Of a stretch of 27,203 nt of DNA, positions 21,688 through 27,203 are shown one piece after another (position 1 is the first letter of the stretch; every line of letters begins with the position of its first letter). The stretch is taken from the NCBI GenBank assembly GCA_044869275.1, contig JBIOXB010000012.1, forward strand, positions 1 through 27,203, written 5' to 3'. This DNA comes from a bacterium (GTDB lineage: Bacteria > Zhuqueibacterota > Zhuqueibacteria > Zhuqueibacterales > Zhuqueibacteraceae). The notes beneath the pieces were generated by a model. It was not told the origin of the DNA and made no database searches. It was given only the letters and a program-made list of their open reading frames with translations. The position numbers and the translations under genes are program-made.

Positions 21688-22314
21688 TCACGCCTCCGTT
21701 CCCGCTTGGGCTGGGACGTTGGGGTCGTCTTTGCGGAAAACCGCCAGTCTGCCCAAGAGCTTCGCCATGGTGATGGCGACAATGGTGGCGGTTACGCTGG
21801 CCACAATGGTGGTGCCGATGATCTCGAACGGATTCGCCGAGCCTAATGAAATACGCACGCCGATGATGGTTGCCGGAATCAGAGTGATGCACGAAGTGTT
21901 CATGCCCAGAAACATGACCATGGCATTGCTGGCCGTGTCTTTTTGGGGGTTCAATTGCTGCAGTTCTTCGATGGCCTTCAAGCCGAATGGTGTGGCCGCG
22001 TTCGACAAGCCCAGCCAATTTGCAGCGAGATTGAGCAGTATCGAGCCCATGGCGGGATGATCGGAGGGCACTTCGGGAAACAGCCGTTTCATAATGGGCG
22101 CCATGGCGCGCGCCAGCATTTTGATCAAACCCGCGGCCTCCGCCACTTTCATCAATCCCAGCCACAACGTCATGATGCTGATCAAGCCCAGCGCGATTTT
22201 GACCCCGGATTCGGCGGAATCAAAGGCCTGCTTCGTCACTGCTTCGATGTTGCCGGTGGCCGCGCCCATGAGAATCGCGATCACGATCAACCCCAGCCAA
22301 ACGTAATTGAGCAT
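21688..22314 (-). CDS. spmA: SpmA-like membrane protein (nucleoside recognition/Gate domain)
   Basis: MLNYVW, LWLGLMKVAE, LFPEVPSDHPA, NWLGLSNAATPFGLKA. GGAGG RBS before ATG 22314. Confidence 0.92.
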   Translation of the reverse strand: MLNYVWLGLIVIAILMGAATGNIEAVTKQAFDSAESGVKIALGLISIMTLWLGLMKVAEAAGLIKMLARAMAPIMKRLFPEVPSDHPAMGSILLNLAANWLGLSNAATPFGLKAIEELQQLNPQKDTASNAMVMFLGMNTSCITLIPATIIGVRISLGSANPFEIIGTTIVASVTATIVAITMAKLLGRLAVFRKDDPNVPAQAGTEA

Positions 22315-22425
22315 GCTTCCTCCTTGCCAGTTCATTGCATACCATTTTGCAATCTGCTCAGATTTTTTTCGGCATGCAAGGAAATTTTCGAAGCTTGCAT
22401 TTCATGGCGAATTTTGCAATTTTAA

Positions 22426-22487
22426 TGGATACTTGATCGTGGATGCTCGATGTACCAAGCATCCGGCATCAAGTATCCAGCATCGAG
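22426..22487. repeat. Heptamer-unit palindrome upstream of queD
   Basis: TGGATACTTGATCGTGGATGCTCG pairs with CAAGCATCCGGCATCAAGTATCCA (20/24). GAT/ATC recurs every 7 nt. Confidence 0.8.
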
Positions 22488-22519
22488 ACAACAGCCTAAG
22501 ATCCGGAGAAATCAACCGT

Positions 22520-22846
22520 ATGAAACTCGGCTATATCGAATACATGGACTGTGCGCATTTTTTGCCTGGTCACTTCAAATGCGGCAACTTGCACGGCCAC
22601 ACGTATAAAGTGGAAGTCATCATCTCCGGCGAAAACAAAACCGGCATGATTCTCGACTTCGGCGAAATGAAGCAAATCATTCGCACCGTGCTGGCGGATT
22701 ACGACCACAAAGCGCTCAATGATTTTTTGGAATATCCCTCTGTTGAGAATATTTGCGAAATGCTGCAGAAGCGCTTTCGTGAAAAACTAAATTTCCCTTT
22801 CACGATTCGCGTATGGGAAGGGGAGGGGAAGTGGGCGGAGTTGTAG
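22520..22846 (+). CDS. queD: 6-carboxy-5,6,7,8-tetrahydropterin synthase (QueD/PTPS family), short form
   Basis: AHFL, CGNLHGHTYKVEV, GMILDFG, DHKALND, PSVENI, VWEG. GGAG RBS before ATG 22520. Confidence 0.9.
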   Translation: MKLGYIEYMDCAHFLPGHFKCGNLHGHTYKVEVIISGENKTGMILDFGEMKQIIRTVLADYDHKALNDFLEYPSVENICEMLQKRFREKLNFPFTIRVWEGEGKWAEL

Positions 22847-22878
22847 CTTGTTACTGGTGACTGGTCGCTGGAATAATG

Positions 22879-22952
22879 CATTGACAATTAACAATTGACA
22901 ATTATCAATTATCAATTGTTAATTGTCAATTATCAATTGATAATTGTTAATG
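22879..22952. repeat. Self-complementary heptamer tandem array (YAATTRW, about 10.5 units)
   Basis: CATTGA CAATTAA CAATTGA CAATTAT CAATTAT CAATTGT TAATTGT CAATTAT CAATTGA TAATTGT TAATG. Confidence 0.92.
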
Positions 22953-22974
22953 GTGGAGCTCATACGCCAGCATC

Positions 22975-23394
22975 ATGAAATCTCTTACGGAATACCTCTG
23001 GTTCAACACTCCCCATCGCCGTGACTATCTCAACATTACGCCGCAAATCGAGGACTTGGTGAAGAAGAGCGGCGTGCAAGAAGGGCTGGCGCTGGTCGCG
23101 GCGCAGCATATCACTGCCTCGGTATTCATCAATGATAATGAATCCGGCTTGATTCAAGATTTTGACGACTGGCTGGAAGGCCTGGCGCCGCATGAACCCA
23201 CTTCGCATTATCGCCACAATCGCACTGGCGAAGACAACGCCGATGCGCATCTTAAGCGCCAAGTCATGGGCCGTGAAGTGGTGGTGCCCATTACCAAGGG
23301 CAGGCTCGACTTTGGCCCTTGGGAACAGATTTTTTACGGCGAATTCGACGGGCGGCGGCGGAAAAGAGTGGTGGTAAAAATTATCGGGGAGTAG
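22975..23394 (+). CDS. yjbQ: YjbQ/UPF0047 family protein
   Basis: [40 protein letters not shown]. Confidence 0.95.
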   Translation: MKSLTEYLWFNTPHRRDYLNITPQIEDLVKKSGVQEGLALVAAQHITASVFINDNESGLIQDFDDWLEGLAPHEPTSHYRHNRTGEDNADAHLKRQVMGREVVVPITKGRLDFGPWEQIFYGEFDGRRRKRVVVKIIGE

Positions 23395-23419
23395 AGACGG
23401 CCCGGCGGGCCGTCTCTAC
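23391..23419. repeat. GTAG-type REP-like perfect palindrome
   Basis: GTAGAGACGGCCC-GGC-GGGCCGTCTCTAC, 13-bp perfect stem containing the yjbQ TAG stop. Confidence 0.8.
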
Positions 23420-23463
23420 ATGCACGGTTCAAAACACGAGCAATTGGAAGACCAACCGATCAA

Positions 23464-24249
23464 ATGGATACCATGACCTACCAATTTCTCCAACTCGAAA
23501 AGCAACGCGCCACCGGCATTCTGCGCTTCAACCGCCCCGAGCGCTTGAATGCCTTTGAAGCGAACATGGTGCAAGAAATCCCTGTTGCGCTGCGCGAGAT
23601 ATTGAACGATGACAACGTGCGTGTGCTGATTCTTACCGGCAACGGCAAAGGTTTTTGCGCCGGCGCGGATGTGAATTATCTGCAAAGGCTCGCGGCGGAA
23701 AAAGACATTGCGAACGGCAAAATTCTCGTCGCGACCGGCAGTGAAGTTGCCGAAATCATCCATGCCGCAGAGAAGCCCGTCATTGCCGCGATCAATGGAC
23801 CAGCCGCAGGCGGCGGCGCAAGCTTCGCGCTGGCATGCGACCTCCGGCTTATGGCGCAATCCGCCACGCTCGGTTTCACCTTCATTCGCATCGGCCTGCA
23901 TCCCGATCTCGGCGCGACCTACTTCCTGCCCCGCCTGGTTGGACCGGCCAAAGCCGCGGAATTGCTCATGCGCGGCGACATGATTTCCGCGGAGGAAGCT
24001 TTGCGGTTGAATTTGGTGAATCGCATCGTTGCCGATGCTGATTTGATGCCAGCCGCCCTTCAACTTGCCGAAACCCTTGCGGAAAAATCCCCGCTGGCGC
24101 TGCGACTGATCAAGAAAAGCTTGCAGCAATCATTCGAACAATCGCTCGAAGCGATGATCAAATATGAAATCCATGCGCAGAGCTTGTGCTTTAAGTCCCA
24201 GGAAGCTCATGACGCTATCGAAAAGTTTTTAACGACAAGAAAAAAATAA
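23464..24249 (+). CDS. Enoyl-CoA hydratase/isomerase (crotonase) family protein
   Basis: NRPERLNA, GKGFCAGAD, PVIAAINGPAAGGG, ACDLR, IGLHPDLG. PaaG-like, substrate unknown. Confidence 0.93.
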   Translation: MDTMTYQFLQLEKQRATGILRFNRPERLNAFEANMVQEIPVALREILNDDNVRVLILTGNGKGFCAGADVNYLQRLAAEKDIANGKILVATGSEVAEIIHAAEKPVIAAINGPAAGGGASFALACDLRLMAQSATLGFTFIRIGLHPDLGATYFLPRLVGPAKAAELLMRGDMISAEEALRLNLVNRIVADADLMPAALQLAETLAEKSPLALRLIKKSLQQSFEQSLEAMIKYEIHAQSLCFKSQEAHDAIEKFLTTRKK

Positions 24250-24313
24250 CCCGTGGAAAACGCAAATAGGCGAAAAAAGCGACCCTTTTCGTGTATTTTG
24301 TGTATTTCGTGGT
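24248..24313. repeat. Degenerate palindrome of 9-nt units
   Basis: Right arm TTTCGTGTA TTTTGTGTA TTTCGTGGT. Decayed left arm ACCCGTGGAAAACGCAAATAGGCGAAAA. Confidence 0.6.
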
Positions 24314-24352
24314 ATTGATTTTACTAAACCAATCAGGAACCCATTATCCGCC

Positions 24353-25498
24353 ATGATCGACTTCTCGCTTTCCGAAGAACAGCAACAATTCCGCGACCTC
24401 GCGCAGGAGTTCGCGAAGAATGAAATCCGCCCCGTTGCCGCCGCGCTGGACGAAGAAGAAAAATTTCCCGCCGAGCTCTGCCACAAAGCCTGGGAATTGG
24501 GTTTGATGAACGTGCACGTGCCCAAGGAATATGGCGGCCTTGGCCTGGGCGTGCTGGAAGAATGTTTGATCTCCGAAGAAATCGGTTGGGGCTGCACCGG
24601 CGTAGGCACGACCACGACGTGCAACACGCTCGCCACCGCGCCGGTGATCGTGGCCGGCAATGACGACCAGAAGAAAAGATTTCTCGCGCCATTGCTCGAA
24701 GAGTATTCATTTTGCGCGTATGCCGTCACCGAGCCGGGCGCGGGCAGCGACGTGCAGGCCATCAAAACCACGGCAAAAAAAACCGGCAATGATTACGTGC
24801 TCAACGGCCAAAAAATGTGGATCACCAACGCGGCGCAGGCCAAATGGTTTTTTGTGATCGCCTATACTGATCAAGCCAAGGGCTACAAGGGCATCAGCGG
24901 TTTCGCCGTTCCCGCAGACACGCCCGGCGTGAAAATCGGCAAGCACGAGCACAAAATGGGCCAGCGCTGCTCGGACACGCGCGGCGTTTCTTTTGAAGAG
25001 GTGAAAGTTCCGGCCACAAATCTGCTGGGCAAGGAAGGCGACGGCTGGAAAGCCGCCATGGCCGCATTCGATCATTCGCGGCCGGTGGTCGCCTCGATGG
25101 CCGTCGGCCTGGCACGCGCGGCCATGGAGCATGCCGCCGCTTATGCCAAGGAAAGAAAGACGTTTGGTGTGCCGCTCGCCGCCCACGAAGGCGTGAGTTT
25201 CATGATCGCCGACATGGCGCGCGAGGTCGAGGCCGCGCGCCTGCTCACTTGGCAGGCGGCGTGGACCATCGATCAGGGCAAGCGCAACACTTTGCAAGCG
25301 GCTTACGCCAAATGCGCCGCGGCCGACACCGCCATGCGCGTCGCCACGGACGCTGTGCAAGTCTTTGGCGGCTACGGCTATTCACGCGAATATCCCGTGG
25401 AAAAATTGATGCGCGATGCGAAGATTTTTCAGATTTACGAAGGTACAAGCCAAATTCAAAGATTGATCATCGCCAAGGAAATATTTGAGCGCAATTAA
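24353..25498 (+). CDS. Acyl-CoA dehydrogenase
   Basis: YAVTEPGAGSD, NGQKMWITNA, KMGQRCSDT, QVFGGYGYSREYPVEKLMRDAKIFQIYEGTSQIQR. Confidence 0.97.
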   Translation: MIDFSLSEEQQQFRDLAQEFAKNEIRPVAAALDEEEKFPAELCHKAWELGLMNVHVPKEYGGLGLGVLEECLISEEIGWGCTGVGTTTTCNTLATAPVIVAGNDDQKKRFLAPLLEEYSFCAYAVTEPGAGSDVQAIKTTAKKTGNDYVLNGQKMWITNAAQAKWFFVIAYTDQAKGYKGISGFAVPADTPGVKIGKHEHKMGQRCSDTRGVSFEEVKVPATNLLGKEGDGWKAAMAAFDHSRPVVASMAVGLARAAMEHAAAYAKERKTFGVPLAAHEGVSFMIADMAREVEAARLLTWQAAWTIDQGKRNTLQAAYAKCAAADTAMRVATDAVQVFGGYGYSREYPVEKLMRDAKIFQIYEGTSQIQRLIIAKEIFERN

Positions 25499-25586
25499 TC
25501 CGCATTATGCATTAGCTTTCACCACCAACAACCCGAAACACACGAAAGTTAGTGCACTGTTTCCTTAATTGCTATACCCTCAGCCA

Positions 25587-25782
25587 TGTCATCCCGCCTT
25601 GCGGGATCTTGGTTGAATCAAGCACTGTGCTTATGCCGCACAAGATTCAGACTGTGTGAAAACGCTTGGTTTTAACGCCGGCTGAGCTTGTCGAAGCCGG
25701 ATTTTTGAACTTAGCACCCTTCGACAAGCTCAGGGTGCGGAATTCCCAAGTTTTCACACAGTCTGAATCCTTCTGAATGACA
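25587..25782. repeat. TGTCAT...ATGACA REP-like palindrome interrupted by the MITE
   Basis: Left arm TGTCATCCCGCCTTGCGGGATCTTG. The right arm CAAGATT|CCTTCTGAATGACA is restored when 25648-25768 is removed. Confidence 0.7.
25648..25765. mobile_element. 118-bp MITE-like element, copy 2
   Basis: Perfect TIRs CAGACTGTGTGAAAAC / GTTTTCACACAGTCTG. Internal inverted pair CTGAGCTTGTCGAAG / CTTCGACAAGCTCAG. Flanks ATT / AAT. Confidence 0.85.
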
Positions 25783-25810
25783 CAGTAGGGAACATCCACT
25801 TGGAGGAAAA

Positions 25811-27124
25811 ATGCTGAAACAAAGCCTGTGCTGTGGCGCGTTTTTTTTGTTGCTGCTGGCTGCCACGAGTCCTGCGCAAAACTGGACACCCCTGGTGCCC
25901 GCGTCAGGTAACACGCCCGCCCCGCGCCGCAACGCTGCCGCTATTTATGATTCCCTTCTTCAGCGCTTGATTGTCTTCGGCGGCAAAACGGACGCCGGCG
26001 ACCGCAATGACGTTTGGGCGTTTGATTTTAACGGAAGTGTTTGGACGGAATTGACGCCGGCTTCGGGTGAGGCGCCGGCGCCGCGGTTCACCGCCAACGC
26101 AATTTATGACGCCGACCGCCGGCACATGATCATCTGGTCCGGCCAAGGCGCAAGCTTCTTCAATGACGTTTGGGCGTTTGATCTTCAAACGAATACCTGG
26201 TCGCAGTACAACCCGCCTGCTCCCATGCCCAACATTCGCTACGGCACGGCCGCCGTTTTCGATCCGCGCGCACGCCATCTCGTCACCTTTGCCGGTTTCA
26301 CCGATCAAGGCCGCTTCGATGACACCTGGCGCTTTGAGATCGAACAGTCCAAATGGCAGGAGGTCTCGCCTGCCAGTGTGCACCCCGGGAAACGATGCTT
26401 GCACACCGCGAGTTACGACCGCCGCCGTCATCGCATGATCATATACGGCGGGCAAAACAACGGCCCCCTGGGCGACGTTTGGGCCCTTGATTTGAGCCAA
26501 AATACCTGGGCAGATTTAACGCCGGCTCATATGCCGCTGGGCCGCTGGTTTCCGGCGAGCATTTACGACGCGCGCCATCATCGCATTTTGATTTTTGGCG
26601 GCAATCTGGGCGCGGCTCAAACCAATGAGGTTTGGGCATTTGATCTCAATGCCAACGCGTGGCAACAACTTTTTGCAGCCGGGGTTGCGCCCTCGGCGCG
26701 CGAAGGCGCGGCAGCGGTTTACGTCGAACGCGAAGATCGCATGATCGTTTTCGGTGGCAGAGGCGAGGCGCACAGCCATGAGGTCTGGGCGCTGGAAAAT
26801 CTCTCGGCTACGGTTTCAGTTTACGAGCCATCGGCGGCCGCTCCACCATCCTTTCGCCTGCTGGGCAATTATCCCAATCCCTTCAATCCCAGAACGGCGA
26901 TCATATTTGAATTGCCCGGCGCAGCGCCGGTGACCGTTAAGATCTATAATAACCAAGGTCAAGTGATTCGAGTTTTGTTTGACCAGATCGCGGCTGCCGG
27001 ACGGCACCGACTCGTGTGGGAAGGCGCCAATCAAACTGGCGAGGCAGCCGGAACCGGTGTTTATTTTTGCACGGTTCAATCCGGCCATTCTTCTCAGACC
27101 GGGAAAATGCTGCTGGCCAGGTGA
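25811..27124 (+). CDS. Secreted Kelch-repeat beta-propeller protein with C-terminal FlgD-like/secretion-sorting domain
   Basis: Signal peptide, six repeats of YD..(F/Y)GG..DVWAFD..W, then NYPNPFNP...GVYF..GKMLLAR. GGAGG RBS. Confidence 0.88.
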   Translation: MLKQSLCCGAFFLLLLAATSPAQNWTPLVPASGNTPAPRRNAAAIYDSLLQRLIVFGGKTDAGDRNDVWAFDFNGSVWTELTPASGEAPAPRFTANAIYDADRRHMIIWSGQGASFFNDVWAFDLQTNTWSQYNPPAPMPNIRYGTAAVFDPRARHLVTFAGFTDQGRFDDTWRFEIEQSKWQEVSPASVHPGKRCLHTASYDRRRHRMIIYGGQNNGPLGDVWALDLSQNTWADLTPAHMPLGRWFPASIYDARHHRILIFGGNLGAAQTNEVWAFDLNANAWQQLFAAGVAPSAREGAAAVYVEREDRMIVFGGRGEAHSHEVWALENLSATVSVYEPSAAAPPSFRLLGNYPNPFNPRTAIIFELPGAAPVTVKIYNNQGQVIRVLFDQIAAAGRHRLVWEGANQTGEAAGTGVYFCTVQSGHSSQTGKMLLAR

Positions 27125-27156
27125 AACTCAAGATCGCGGCTCAATAGGAGTTTGCC

Positions 27157-27203
27157 ATGAATCGGCGGCTGGTCGTGTTTTTCACTTTTCTCATTGCCCC
27201 GGG
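27157..27203 (+). CDS. 5' fragment of a probable secreted protein, truncated by the window edge
   Basis: AGGAG RBS then ATG; MNRRLVVFFTFLIAP resembles a signal peptide. Confidence 0.55.
   Translation, partial: MNRRLVVFFTFLIAP

Noticed and set aside
21141..22314. spmA/spmB as evidence of sporulation
   Set aside because: This membrane protein pair is widespread in non-sporulating bacteria and no other sporulation genes are present.
22330..22519. preQ1 riboswitch upstream of queD
   Set aside because: No preQ1 stem-loop with A-rich tail; the region is occupied by the heptamer palindrome.
22879..22952. CRISPR array
   Set aside because: Contiguous 7-nt units without spacers, and no cas genes in the window.
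26005..26182. Exact 22-nt direct repeat CAATGACGTTTGGGCGTTTGAT (26005 and 26161)
   Set aside because: In-frame Kelch blade motif NDVWAFD; not CRISPR or an att site.

Overview
Bacterial housekeeping region with GC-rich coding sequence. An NYPNPFNP/FlgD-type C-terminal domain suggests a KSB1/Calditrichota-like FCB-group organism (inference only). Left part: a membrane Ser/Thr kinase fused to an FGE-sulfatase-like domain, an AsmA-family gene, groES-groEL with a CIRCE operator and sigma70 promoter, and a His/Met-rich putative outer-membrane protein. Middle: a minus-strand run yebC-ruvC-ruvA-ruvB-queA-ispD-ispF-gltX-btpA-cysS. Right part: a SPOR lipoprotein, spmA/spmB, queD, yjbQ, an enoyl-CoA hydratase, an acyl-CoA dehydrogenase and a secreted Kelch protein. 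I found no transposase, CRISPR array, rRNA, tRNA or defence system, and I cannot support a new protein-coding system. The unusual content is intergenic. It includes a 118-bp MITE-like element in two copies (one nested in another REP), an unexplained 80-bp dispersed repeat, a 29-bp shared hairpin, and REP-like palindromes. It also includes several sequence-unrelated palindromes built from periodic 7-, 9- or ~15-nt units, two of which bracket queD.
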